Below the pieces are notes generated by a model. The model was not told where the DNA came from, ran no database searches, and saw only the letters and a list, made by a program, of their open reading frames with translations. A stretch of DNA of 64,000 bases from Ministeria vibrans ATCC 50519 (lineage: Eukaryota; Protista; Filasterea): positions 24,766-88,765 of the forward strand of contig CALSCP010002553.1 of the NCBI GenBank assembly GCA_943704425.1. Reading direction: 5' to 3'. Shown here piece by piece: positions 1-17,130 of the stretch; positions within the stretch are counted from its first letter, which is position 1, and every line of letters starts with the position of its first letter. Position numbers and translations under genes: made by a program.

Positions 1-3000
1 CCCCAACAAGAAGAGATGAACATCCACATGGCAGGCACTTCTTCTTCTTACCAACGGCACACCAGCTCGCTCACCCTTGCGTCTCTTTTCAGCGACTGGT
101 CTTGCCGAACTGAACCTGGCGACTCTTGCGTCGGGGCTGGCGGACACGGGCGCCCTCGGTGGTAAGTGGGGAATGCGTGTGAGTGTCGCAACGCTAAACA
201 ACCTTGTGACGTGATCATCTTCCGAAATTGTCTTAGCTCTCGCCGCCTTCACCGCCAGCACCCGCGCCACTGCTGGACTTGATGGCATTCCCATTTCCGT
301 CATCAATGCCCAGGTAAGACCCTTTCGCAATCACTGCCAACGCGAAACCTTTTTTTATGTTTGCGTCAGACTTTCAAAAGAAAAAAAAAAGGCAAAAAAG
401 AGAGTGAGACTTTGGCGACTCTCGCTCTTGTTTACAGTCGTCACAGTCGCCCGCATGCATGTCTACGCACCCATCTATCACGCTTCTCCATCACCAAATG
501 CCTTTCTTTTTTTCTCTCTCTCTCTCGCGTCTTTTTTTTTTTTCTCGTCTGTTCTCTCTCTCTCTCTCTTACACACACACGCACGTCCTCTATGTAGTAC
601 CAATACTTTCGCACCAACAGCGGCATTGACATTAACGGCCTGAAGACATACGGCCTGAAGTTCGGGCCAGGCGGCGGTCTGGGCATTCCCATTATTGCGG
701 GTCTGGGCATTCTGTGCGCCCTTCTCGTGCCCATTATTGGCCTGTTCTTCTGCTGCTGTCGCTGTTGCGACCACTGCGGCGGCAAGCGTGTGCACAAAAA
801 CCCCAACGAAACATGCTACTGGATCTGGACGTGTATCTCGTTCTTCTCCATCATCATGATCTTTGTGGGCGCCTCTGTTATGTTTGTGGCCAATGTGCAG
901 GTCGAGTCCGACATGCAAACACTCAACTCGACGGCCGACGCCCTCATTGACGACGCCTACACCATGCTTGACAATGCTGCCATCGAAATGGCCAATGTTG
1001 TTGACAACAACGTGCCGCCACTGCTCGAGTACGCTCGCGAGTACATTGAAAATTTCCACACGTACATTGGCGACCCGCTCTCCGAGCAGATTGGCGCTCA
1101 AATCAACCCTGGCTTTGCCCTTGCACGCGAGGTCCTCGACGACCTTGGCAACATTACCGACATCCTGTCGAACCTCAACGACACCATTGCCGACACGGGA
1201 TTGCTCCTCGACGACCTCGACACAGCCATTACGCAACTCAACTCGGACATGTCCTCCTTGCAAACATCGTGTACCGTCTCCGCAGACTGTGCCAATCTCG
1301 ACGCCATTGCCGCGGCAGCCTTTCCTCTCTCGCTCGAGGTCTCATCAGACGACCTTCCCTCAGTTGAGTCGGAGCTTGAGCAGCTGCGTGACGTTTCCAG
1401 CAACTCCGACTTTACCGACGGGCTCGATCAGGGCGAGGCGCTCATCAACGACTTTGCCGGCTTTGTCTTTAACTTTACGGGCGATCAGCGCCAAATGGGC
1501 CTCGACATTCTGGGTACGGCCAACAGCACGGTGGACCAATACTACAACGAGTACCGTAACATTGGCTACGACTTCCTTAACGGCTCGTTTGACGTTCGTG
1601 CCACCAAGGACGAGTACGCTGCCAAGCTTGACGACCCAACTGTCGCTACCTATTTGCAGTACAAGACGTGGGCTTTCTGGGCCCTCGGCGGCATCGGCAT
1701 CTTTATCGGCGTGCTCGGTCTTCTCTCCATGATGTGCGGCTTCTGCGCTCACAAGAGCGAGCAGTCGCCCTGGGAGCGCTCCAACCTCAGCAACCACGGT
1801 GGCAATACCATGATGGCCACCATCTTTTTCATTGTCTTCTTCTCGCTCTTTCTCTGGATCCTTGCTGTCGTCTTCTGGACCGGTGGCACCGCCATTGGCA
1901 TGGTCTGTGGCCCCGTCAAGAGCGAGGCCATCATTGCAGGCGTCGCCGACAACACCGCCAACTTTCCTGGCGGCAAACTGCCCCTTACCGACCTTGCCTA
2001 TGGCTCTGGCTCCACCGTCCAGTACGAACTCCAGCCCGTCTTTGATGCGTGTCGTGCCAACCAGGCACTTCTCACGGCCACCAACCTCGAAGTGCGCTTC
2101 AACCTCACCGAGCTCACCGACTACAACCAGTACGCCAATGTGACGGAGCTCATCGAAATGGTCGGTGGCATGGTTAACCTGACGGAGTTCACGCTGCTCG
2201 ATGACTCGGCACGCACTGGCCTTCTCGAAATCGCCAACATCACCCAGATTGCTTTGGACTTCTCCTCTTACACCTCCTACCTCGAGGGCAACGTCACGTC
2301 AGCCGAATTGGAAGAGCTCGCCACTCAAATTGCCGCTCTCGATCTCTCCGCCGACGGCCCAGGCGTGGAGGCGCAGCAGGCGGCCCTGGTTGCCTCCCTC
2401 AACAACGCATACGGCACCTACGTCGATCCCCTCCTTGTCCTTCTTTCCAATGCGACTTCCTACGTCGATGCTATTCAGACCATTGCTCCTCCAGCCGGGG
2501 ATAAGGTAAACTACAACAACCCCTCGCACTCGACGTTTGTTTTTTTTTTGTTTTTTTGTTTTTTTTTTGTTAAAAATTACATCTTGCTCATTCATTGTTT
2601 TCCTTAATAGTTGATTGAAGTGGTCGACTACTTTGACAACTTTACGAGGTACTTGGCGGAAGAGTCGAACGACGTGATTATCGAAGTGCTGACGGAGCTG
2701 AAGGACATCGTGCTTGCCGATGTGGATGCCTACAAGGCGGAGATTCTCAGTTACCTGCGCAACGACCTGCTCAAATGCAGGTTTATGACCGACATGTATG
2801 ATGTGGCGACGTCGACGGTGTGCGGGCCGCTGCAGCGCACGCTCGACTCGCTCTGGTTTGGTCTGGGTGCTGTGGGATTCTTTGGGCTGATGCTCTTCAT
2901 TTTTGGTGTCAAGCTCGCCAAACACTACCATCGCATGGAAGAGCCGCTTATTGAGAATGAAAAGCTCGACGATGTTGTCCAGGAGCTGTCGGGCTACCGC

Positions 3001-3420
3001 GATGATACGGGCAAGGGAGGTATGGTGCCCAGCATGATGCCTGGCTACTCCTCCGGTCACGACATGTACTCAGTTAGCAGCAAGAACTCTCACATGGTGC
3101 CCAACCAGCACGACCCCGTTTACTACGACACCGGCTACCAGCATCAGCCCGTCTACGGAAACAGCCCCGCCGACGATCTGTACCAGCAGCCGTCGTACGG
3201 TAACCAGTTTGAGCCGCAGCCGCTCATGGGCAACCAGTCGGGCTTTACCGACTACTCGGCGTACAACGGCGCCGCACACGCCGCGAACGGCAACCATGTC
3301 CGTCGTCGCTCCTCTGTTGCCCTTAACGCCATGCACTCCGACGCCACTCTCCCGCCCTACATGCCAGAGGACGAGTACAAGATTGCCATGGACCAGAACG
3401 TCAACTCGGGTTACTTCTGA
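1..3420 (+). CDS. PROM: Prominin-family pentaspan membrane glycoprotein (5' end at or before window start); exons include 237-313, 598-2505, 2611-3420
   Basis: Signature TM1/Cys cluster LLVPIIGLFFCCCRCCDHCGG, five hydrophobic segments, two large N-glycosylated helical loops, late motif C..VCGPL...LDSLWFGLG; GT-AG introns 314-597 and 2506-2610. Confidence 0.9.
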
Positions 3421-3731
3421 GTGGATGAGAGAAAGAGAGAGAAAGAGAGAGATTGTTGTATTGTAAACGTATCCGACTACTCCCTTTATAAATTAAAAAT
3501 ATTGAGTGTTGTCGATTTTTGAAAGACGCTACGATCATGATTCGAGAGCGTAGGTAACTACTGGTGTGCGCCAAGGTCATGATAAAATTGAAATTGATTC
3601 ACTTTTTGACTTTTGTGTGATGAATATTTTTTTTCTCATTTCTGATTTGTCAAATCAATTCGGAAAATCGGATTTCGGATTTTTCAATTTTCAATTTTTC
3701 ATAATAATTATATTATCTGTTATCAATAGTT

Positions 3732-4765
3732 ATGCTTAGAGTCGTAGCATCACGTGTGGTCTCGCGCACCTTGGCAGTGCGTGCTTACAGCGGTATTGAA
3801 TAACTGTCAACAAAATGCTTCAAATCCTAAATTTTAACGTCGTCTGAATCGAATTGCTGTGCGTAGGCGAAGTCCGAAAGGCCGGTGGCAAATTTAGCGA
3901 GCGCGAGAAGGCTCTTGAGGTAGAAAGAAAGAGAGAGAAAACGAAAAAAAGGAAAAAAAAAAAAAAAAAAAAAAAACTCGCACTGTTGCTATGCAAAATG
4001 AGGCTGTTTGGGCGCCACGGCTGAGCGGGAGCATCAAAGAGGATACGTGCATGTGCGCATCGCGCGACAAGGGGTGCGAACAGTCCACTGTTTCGATGGG
4101 AACTTGTCATTCATTGCGATCTCTAATCGTTTCTTTCATCTGTGTCGCTGCCCCTTCTTGTCTCGTGCTGGGCGGCTGCGACGAGTGCTGCGTGCCTCTG
4201 GTTCCCTATTATGTTGTGGAGTGCGTTCGAATTTGAGGGATTTTGTGTCTTTCTCAAAATGGAAATGATTGATTGTGTCTGGACAATTGACATTACTGCT
4301 GTCAATGCACATGTATGCGACCTGTCTTATGACTTGGCCGGTTTGCTGTCTTTCCATGGTCGCATGTCTGTGCAATGCGGGCAAGTTTGCGCGTTGGCTG
4401 TTGTGCCTTGTGCACCTTCATGTCGTGCTCTGGTTGTTTGTGCGTGTGTGTGTCTGTATGCTTGTTTTTCATACTTATTTGTGCCTGGAGTAAGCGGATA
4501 CTGTCGTTTTTCTGTTTCTCAATTACCTTCGGGGGGTGTCTCATCCACGCGCACTCCTCAAACTCTCTCTCAAACCCAAACTTTCAAACTCTCAAACTCG
4601 TTTCTTCTCTTCTCTTTCTCGTTCTTGTTTGTTCTGCAGGACCAATACTTTAAGAAGAAGGACGCCGAGGAGGCCAAGGAACTGCACAAGCACCCCGAAG
4701 AGTTGGAAGCCATCAAGGCAAAGATTGCAGCGGAGACCAAGAAACAGGGCGAGAAGAAGAAGTAG
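3732..4765 (+). CDS. ATPIF1: Mitochondrial F1Fo-ATPase inhibitor IF1; exons 3732-3792, 3867-3919, 4640-4765
   Basis: Spliced product MLRVVASRVVSRTLAVRAYSGEVRKAGGKFSEREKALEDQYFKKKDAEEAKELHKH...: Arg-rich transit peptide plus IF1 motif (cf. [23 protein letters not shown]); splice phases consistent. Confidence 0.88.
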
Positions 4766-4846
4766 AGTCATTTATGAAGAAAGAATATGTTCAACAAACC
4801 CAATTTCTGTGGAGCTATTTGATTTTTGTCTGTCCCTCTTGTGTGC

Positions 4847-4885
<39 letters not shown>

Positions 4886-4946
4886 ATTTGAGAGAAACCT
4901 GATTGTCGAGACAGAATCGTAAGAAAAAATATATTATACTATCTAA

Positions 4947-9027
<4,081 letters not shown>

Positions 9028-9790
9028 CACAAACAACGAGTGGGCGAATGCCTACCAAATACCACGCCGCTGTCAGTGGTTACTAGCGACAATAACAAGG
9101 AAATGAACAAATCGTACCACGAATTGAAAGGCGAATGGCCGAAATATATTAATTTATTTAATATTCGATTGAATTGATTTTTCGGCATTTTTCCATAATA
9201 ATTATGATAATAGTTAATTATTTCAAGCAAACTGATGGTTTTTGTATGTCGTAAAACACTTCATCATCCTCCGCGCAGCTCTGTTTCGCTGCTTTATGTA
9301 CGGTGCACTGTTTATATGAGTGATGTGCTCTCCGCCGAGAAGCGTATGTGCGTTTTAAGGGCCAAACGGACAACTTGGGCTAATCGTGCACTGTTTTGCA
9401 TTGCGAATGGACGATTGTCGATCGATTATAATTATTCCAAATTCCAAAAATCCAATGACCAATCACTAATCACTTTTTCTCGCACGTTCTTTAGTCCACG
9501 TCCTTGTTTTTAATAACCTCCTCAATCCTCATTCCTCTAGGCGCCAACAAAAGAACGTTGAACTGAAAAAAAGCGAAGAAGAAACATTTCCAATCCTATC
9601 AAACGAAAAGCGCACGCACACACACACACACACACACACACAGATCAGAGTCACTTCCAAAGCCACAGGGATACCCGGAGCGTAAGATGGCCATCTACTG
9701 AATGAGCAGCCTGCGAGATTTTCACTCTCTCTCGCTCTCTCTCTGTTTGGTGTTTCATTTTGGGACATCCCGCTTTCATCCCACTTGCAA

Positions 9791-12700
9791 ATGCGCTCCC
9801 CACGACGATCCCCTCATCTCCCTTCCTCTCACACTACGTCTTACTATCACAGAGTGATGGATTCTACCCCAGCTGCTGCGAGAAGCTCCACCGAAAGTCT
9901 AAATGAGAGTTTGGTATGAAAGTGGCAATATTGTGTTTGTCAACAAACACCATAGCACGACAATAACACATTCAACCGCACCGTTCATACTATATCTCAA
10001 GTAGGCAGCGGAACATGAGGTAGCGCACCTCTTGACAAATCCCGAGGTCACCATGACTCCAGCAGATCACGAACATGTCGATGATCTTGCTTTCAACTGT
10101 ATGATCGATGCAACTGCGAGCACTCCACCGGCGACCACAATGCCCACAACACCCTCAACCACCGCCACACCCACGGCGACAGCAGAGTCGCCATCGATAA
10201 CGTCTCCTATGTCTGGAATTCAGCCGCCCAGTCCATCGCCATCTCCACCACCTCGTTGGCGTGCCCCCAGTGCACCCACACATCAGTCCCGCGGAGTGTC
10301 ACGCGCAACTTGCCACGAAATGTTTTGCGCCATCGAAAAGGAGCGAGAGCTCTATGCCGAAGCTGGAGGAGTACCCACTTTCACGCACATGTCCGCCGCC
10401 ATTGAGTTTGCAAAGCAGCGCAACATTGCGCTTGCCTTCTACCTGCCGTCTGAAATGACAGCGAATTTTCCACCAGCACACCCACTGGTGGTTCACGACA
10501 AGGACGAGTGGAGTCTCTCGAGGGGTAATTAAGCAACTCTTGTGTTGTAACCGTTGCTAACCCTCAACTAATCGTATGTTGCAGAGAAACCCGACCGGAG
10601 CCATCTGATCGTCATGATCCACTTTCTCTACCCATACACGGCAATTCGTAATGCATCTGCTCAACCCAACGAGACCCTCGTTGCGTGTGACACGGTTGTG
10701 CCACCCGTAAACCTCAAGGGCAAAACTTTAACGGCGCCCCGTCTCCCAATTAGCGGGCAATATGTTCGGAAAGGGAATGCGTCTGGCATGACGACGTTCT
10801 CAACGACGACGGGCAACACGATCGTCTACGAAATTATGCGCAATTCGTCCATTGCCGAGACGCCCTTTATGAACTGGAGCTCGTCTCGGTGTCGTTCTCA
10901 GACGCTCAACGCATCATCAATGCTCGACAGTGGTGGTCAAAAAATCGATTTTTGCGTGCGTGAAAAGGGCGAGGCGGAGTTTCATCAGTATTCTTTCCAT
11001 TATCCAGACAACAACACTGGAAAGATTCCGAAGTTTATGATGGTTCTACAACACTCGAACCTCTTTAATACGAGCCATGTCAGCTTTCGTAAGATATTCG
11101 TATTATTAATAATAATATTATTATTAAGTTATCGAAGTTGCACTCAATATCAAAACAAGATTAATAATTATTATTACAAGTAATTTTTTATTAATAATTA
11201 TTTTTATTATTCATCTCATTCTTCTACGATTTTCACCCTTCTGTAGGAGTTGCGTTTTTGATCTTCATTCCGGTGACAGCCTTTGGCATCAGGACACGTC
11301 TGCGTGACGATTCGCCTGATGACGACGGAGGAGATGGAGGTGGAGGCAGTGACAGTGGTGGTGACGGAGGCAGCGGCGGGGGCAGTGATGCGGATGGCAG
11401 TCACGACCCACGCAAGGTACCACGCGGAACCAGTGTACACCTGGGACTGATTGCAGCTGATGAGTGATTGTGCTGTGTTGTAGAAGAGCCGCCCGGACCC
11501 GAAGGGAAAGGGGAAAGGGAACGGAAAGAAGCGGAGTGCGACGTCACAGAACGTGGACAGCAACTTTCTTGCTCTCTCGTGCTCGCTTGACAAGTATGGA
11601 AAAAAAAAACATTGACTTTCTCCTGTATCCTCTTAATTTCCCTCTCTGGTACATACCTATGTTACACAGCAAAGGGGACTCACAGGTGCAACTGCTCTCA
11701 GCGGTTGCGACTTCAAACGGTGTCGATCGTCTTCTGGAAGAGTTGCGACTGGCCGAGCCCAAGTACGACTTTGAGTTGTTAACACTGAGTAAGACGTGAT
11801 TTTTCTTTCTTGATAATTAATAGTGTTACATCCATCGATAATAATTATTTTATTGTTGTTTGTTTGTTTTTTTAAAATGTTTTTGGCAGATGTTGACCGC
11901 TTCTCGCTTTCGTCGTGTCTACAGCACACCACCGATGAAGCAGTGTTGTCGCTTCCAGCCACAGACGAACTGCTGCATATGACTGCCGGCGACATGATTG
12001 GCATGGAAGATCATGAGTGGGTCGCGTTGCTCAATGCCCCGCACTATGCAAATGTGCGAAACTTTTTTATTGCGCTGCGTCAGGGACTTGATAGTGCACT
12101 GGACGCGTTCAACGAGTCACCGTCAAATCAATCCAATGCGCCGGCCAGCGTTGATCTTGATACAGACGACTATTGGTCGCAATATTCGGCAGGTAGTTTA
12201 ACTCCTGGATAATTGATCGCTTGCATTATTAATTAATTAATTTCCTCTCTCTTATTAATAACTATTTCTTATTTTTATTATTGTCTTCGTAGAGTCGACT
12301 CAACCGAGCACCGCCTCACGACCGGTGCCTAAAGGTACAAAAACACGCAGAGCTGTACTGGTGTGCTAACGTTACTTTACATCAGACGAAGCTCTGTTCG
12401 AAGTATTGAAGCAATTGGAGGGAGAAGGACCGCCCAAACGCCGTGTCAACATTCTAAGTCCCGACTCTGGTGAGTGACATGACGGATCAACATATATTTA
12501 TATAATTAGGTCATCAGCTAAATTATAACGTAATAATTATCTTTTCGGGGTCTTTCTGTTTCTGCTTCTGCTGCAGCACTTTTGCATGGGAAGGATCTGC
12601 AACTGGTTGACAAGACCCAGCGCGTGTTCACCAGAACTCAAGTGGCATACGACACCGACTCGGACGTTGCTCTTTCTCTCTTTAAGCCCCACAACAACTT

Positions 12701-13073
12701 TGCAACGGTTGAGGCTCTGGCGAGTGCATTTGCAGCGTTCCCCAACATCGAGAAGCGTATCAACAGTTTTGCGGGAGAGTCGAGTACTCTTGAATGGAAG
12801 GCTTTTTCACGCACTTCTCGCTGGTACTGTGACATTGCGCTACTCTCCGAGACCAGAGACAAAAACCAACCACCCAGTCTCAATCACATCATAATCGCCT
12901 GTGTATTTATCCGCGAGGATTCTTCCGCTCGATTCCCAAGTACGACACAATCCATTATTTTCTTATTTTTATTTTTCTTATTCATTATTTATCCCCTTTT
13001 CCCTTCGTTTCTTTCTGTAGAAATCTACATCAAGAACTCCATTCCGCCAGTTACAATATCGGAAACATCATAA
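9791..13073 (+). CDS. Orphan multi-exon protein (Pro/Thr-rich N-terminus, globular middle domain, Gly/Asp linker, basic NLS-like stretch); start at 9791 or 9857
   Basis: Plus-strand exons (about 10004-10525, 10584-11088, 11247-11416, 11484-11593, 11670-11789, 11890-12191, 12577-12939, 13021-13073) bounded by GT/AG; KGKGKGNGKKRS basic motif. Confidence 0.6.
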
Positions 13074-13102
13074 TTAATAATAATACTAAATTAATAATAA
13101 TT

Positions 13103-13138
<36 letters not shown>

Positions 13139-13366
13139 TTATTACTATTATTATTATTATTTCTTTGAAGCACCGTTTTTTTCTCACGTCTTTTATTTAT
13201 TATTATTATTAAAACGGAAGTGAAACAGGAAGGCCTAGGGCCCTAGGCCGCCCTAGGGAGGAAGGGGAGACGAGAGGAGAAAGGGAAAAATGTCTGTCTG
13301 ATAGTGCGTCAACTGACTATCTTACTGACTTTTTCGAGATCAATTTAATAATACTTTTATATTATT

Positions 13367-14934
13367 ATGTCTCACAAGTTACTACCTCCCGGAAGCCGGG
13401 TGCACACGGGTGCCGGGGACGTGTGGCGCGAGTCCGCTCGACAGCCCGTGAGCTATTCGTCGCGCCGTCCCCGTCTCCGCCGCAGCACTGGCCGCGACTG
13501 CCTGTCGCTCGTCAGCCTATGCCTCGACGTGATCACAGCCGAAAAGAACGAACGCTGGCTGGCCCGGTTGCGGTTCGGCGCGACCGACGGTGAGTGGAAA
13601 ATGCGCAAAGTGACTCTCATTTGAACTTGGCGCTTTTTTTGCTTAGAGGTCGGTCAGCAAATCTTGAAGCGCCTTCAGCAGGACGACGCCGTCTCGTTGT
13701 TTACGATGCTGCCTATGTCTCGTGCTTTTGGAGAGTGTATTACGACTCTGGCCATTCGCAATTTCTGGTGGACGCTCATTTTCTCGCGGTGTGACTGTCT
13801 CTCACTGATTCTCCTCGCTTAGCTTACTCCCGATGCACTGGCGTGTGCTTCAATCGCTTGTCAACATTGAACACTATGCGCTTGTCAACTGTCGCGTCTT
13901 CGAGGCGCCCAGCGGCACCCTCAGCAACGTAGGACGCCTCGAGCGTCTCTGCGTTCTCTCGCTGGCACACAACAACCTCAACAGCGCTGCTCTGCAACAC
14001 CTTGTCTGGCACGTTGCTGCCCCCTCTTTTTCTTCTTCTTCTTCTTCTTCTTCTTCTTCTTCTTTCTCCTCACAGCTTCGTGAGATTGATCTCTCGGGCA
14101 ACGCCGACGTCTTTACTGGACTGTATCACGTAAGCCCACCACTGCTTCTATAGAAGCCCAAAATGAACTGTATCTCACTCCGTCCCAACGCACAGCTTCT
14201 CAAATTGCCCGCACTCGAAGTACACGACAAGACGGCAGATCGTCAATCACTACCTAGTGTACTAACTCAAGATTTACAGATTGTTCACCTGGACGGGATT
14301 GACGTTGACGACGCCATGAAGGCGTGTCTGCAGCGACGCACTCAACACCGCGCACTGACGTTTGAACGCTCGTCAGTGTCTCGTACGCCGACCACGTCAG
14401 CTGATTCGTAAGAGATGGGAGACACCAAAGGAAGAGGAGGGAGCCAGACGTGACACAGTATAATATTATAGGCAAACGTGGTTTGCGTGCGCCTTGTTAC
14501 AGTGGATCTCTCAGAGCGCACTGCCCACCCTCACTGCGAACCCACTGCAACCGGCGATGAAACAAACTTTGGAGAAATCATTCATTACACTACTCCTACA
14601 CCCCACCAGTAGTCCCTCCATTCCACCCACACAGCCACAACGACCCTCAATAGTTATCCCTGCACTTCCTTCCTCTCTCCTCACCTCCACTCCCCCCCAC
14701 CCCACCACTCCCCCAGAACCCGTCCCTCCCCCTCACGCTACCCCATCCTCCACTCTCAATCCCTTCGCCCGTCCACTTACCCTCCCTCCTCGTCCTTCCT
14801 TCCAACACATTGCCTTCCTTGCTGCACCCCACATCAAACGTCCCTCTGTCCCTCTTCCCTCAAAATCTACCTTTCTTCCTCCCCCCAAGAAGAAGCAACG
14901 CACTCTCTCTGATATTTTCCGTCAGAATACGTGA
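13367..14934 (+). CDS. Leucine-rich repeat protein, LRRC42-like, with Pro-rich C-terminus and PPKKKQR NLS
   Basis: LSLVSLCLDVI, RAFGECITTLAIRN, LSLAHNNLNSAAL and LREIDLSGN resemble recalled LRRC42 blocks; several short GT-AG introns. Confidence 0.6.
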
Positions 14935-14993
14935 CAACTCAATATACGCAAACTCACAGTGCTGTATAATAATATAATTATTAGTATGTATTT

Positions 14994-16300
14994 TCAAGTT
15001 TTCCATCTGCTTTCCATCTTAACAATCTTTGCAGCGAATCCCTCTCCTGCACAATCTACAAAACCAAAACAGTCTCTTGAATTCCACACACACATATATA
15101 TAATTTATTATAATAATACAAATTATTATATTCTCTCTATCATTGTTTCTTCTTCTTTAGTTGTTTGTTTGGTTGTTTGTGTCTTTCTCCCTCCTTTCTT
15201 CTCCCTACTTTCTCTCTATGTCATTTTACCTGCGCAAGAGTGGGCATGAGAGAGTGCGCGTGTGCCGTGGCCTTGTGCACTGCCGCCCGTGCAATACGCG
15301 TGGGCTCAGCCTGCGACTGCACCAGCACCGCGTGGCACTGAGTGTACGCTGCATGTGCGGCAGTGTGTTCCTGCTGCTCCGTGTGCACTGCCCCCAACAG
15401 CTCCAGTGCGTCAGCCCTGACGCTACTGGAGGCGCCCTCAACCTTGACACATCTCTCGAGGTGCTCAATGGCGGCACGCGCATCGCCACTGGCTCGGTAT
15501 GCGCGTGCCAGAGCCATGCATACCGTTGCCTCCTCCTCTGTCTTTTCATTCACTACGTGTAACCATGACGCATAAAACTCGATAGACATGTCGTGCTGGT
15601 GCGCCCGCTCACAAGTCCGTCCAAGCTGCCCGTGTGCTCTCCCGATGGCACGCTTGTCCTGCGCTCTCTCTGCTGTGCGCAAACAATGTTTATAGTACCT
15701 CATGGCCAAGGCATGATGTCTTTCAGTGTCTTCCCGTTCGAGTCTCTCTGCAAGTGCAGAGTACACACGAATCACGCGTGCCATCGCTCCGCTGAGAGGC
15801 GCAGTACTAGCATCTGATTCTCGTTCAAACAACTCAAAGCTACGATCGTACACACTAGCGGCCTCCTCGAGAACCGTCCTCGGTCCCTGTTCTGTTGGCT
15901 CACCGTGTCGTTCGCGTCGATGCTCACGTACCAATCGGTAATGAAGCTGTTCCAAGGACCACCCCAGAGCGGCGAGAGCCTCTCCCTCACGCACCTTGTG
16001 CTCGTTCGCCAGATGCACGCTCCGTCGTCGCACGTAAACACTCGAATCAAGCAGTCCCATGCTGTCCAAGTCATCGCCCAGCTCGTCATACTTGTGCAGC
16101 GCCTCATCAATCTTGCCCTCTCGTACCAACTCGTCCACCGCTGCCAAGGCGTCCCGCAATTTCTCAACAACATCCGACGAGCACGACTCCGTGTCGTAGC
16201 TGTAGCGCACGTCACTTGAGTACCTTTCACATGTGCTCGGTTGGGGTCCATCCAAGCCATACACCTGAGAACAAAGAAAGGAATAATAAATGATAATAAT

Positions 16301-16383
<83 letters not shown>

Positions 16384-16411
16384 GAATACGAATAATAATA
16401 ANNNNNNNNNN

Positions 16412-16506
<95 letters not shown>

Positions 16507-16545
16507 GAATACGAATAATAATAATAATGATGATAATAAATAATG

Positions 16546-16615
<70 letters not shown>

Positions 16616-17080
16616 TAAGAATACGAATAATAATAATAATAATAATAATAATAAGAATACGAATAATAATAATAATAATAACAAAACGTTTTTACCTCCT
16701 CATCTAAAATCTGCTCCCTTGACTGATGCGTTAACGTAAAAAGGTTAACAAATGAGTCCACATTTCCTTTTGAAAGAAGCGTCACGGCTGCCCGGTGCTT
16801 CTTCGAGGCACCACTTGAAAAAATAAAAATTCACGTTGTCATGGACACGAAAAATGAATGTCACTTACTAGAGCAACAGCTCTTCGGATGTGGCCTCGCA
16901 GCTTGCGTTGTGAACAGCGCCAGTACTTGCTAAAGTCATTGATGCAGCCACCGTTGTGCTATTCTGTCGAGTTGGAGACGAGCGCACAGGCGAGTCTCTG
17001 TCTTGTGGTCTGTCCCGAATTGACGTCGCCAACGAAGGCAACGATGCGTCAAAGTGACTGTACTTGATCGAGGAGGTCAT
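14994..17080 (-). CDS. TTC29: TPR protein TTC29 (ciliary/flagellar)
   Basis: Exon near 16695-16815 gives VTLLSKGNVDSFVNLFTL (cf. TTC29 LLREGYHKSFTELFAL); TPR helices in 15229-16265; last exon LQRLLRWKADGKT* (cf. LLSWK). Confidence 0.72.
16283..16682. repeat. (AAT)n microsatellite with recurring AAGAATACG interruptions, in TTC29 intron, spanning N gap
   Basis: Direct inspection. Confidence 0.95.
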
Positions 17081-17130
17081 TACACACACTTGAATAAAAA
17101 TAATTAATATTATTATTATTATTATAACTT

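Noticed and set aside
4259-4357. Box C/D snoRNA in the IF1 intron
   Set aside because: Terminal stem present but C box is imperfect and there is no CTGA D box
3920-4639. TPP riboswitch in an intron
   Set aside because: Conserved CUGAGA and ACCUGAU elements not found in the proper arrangement
10860-10970. p53 family assignment from MNWSSSRC...LDSGGQ
   Set aside because: Zinc ligands and the RVCACPGRD motif are absent; resemblance too weak
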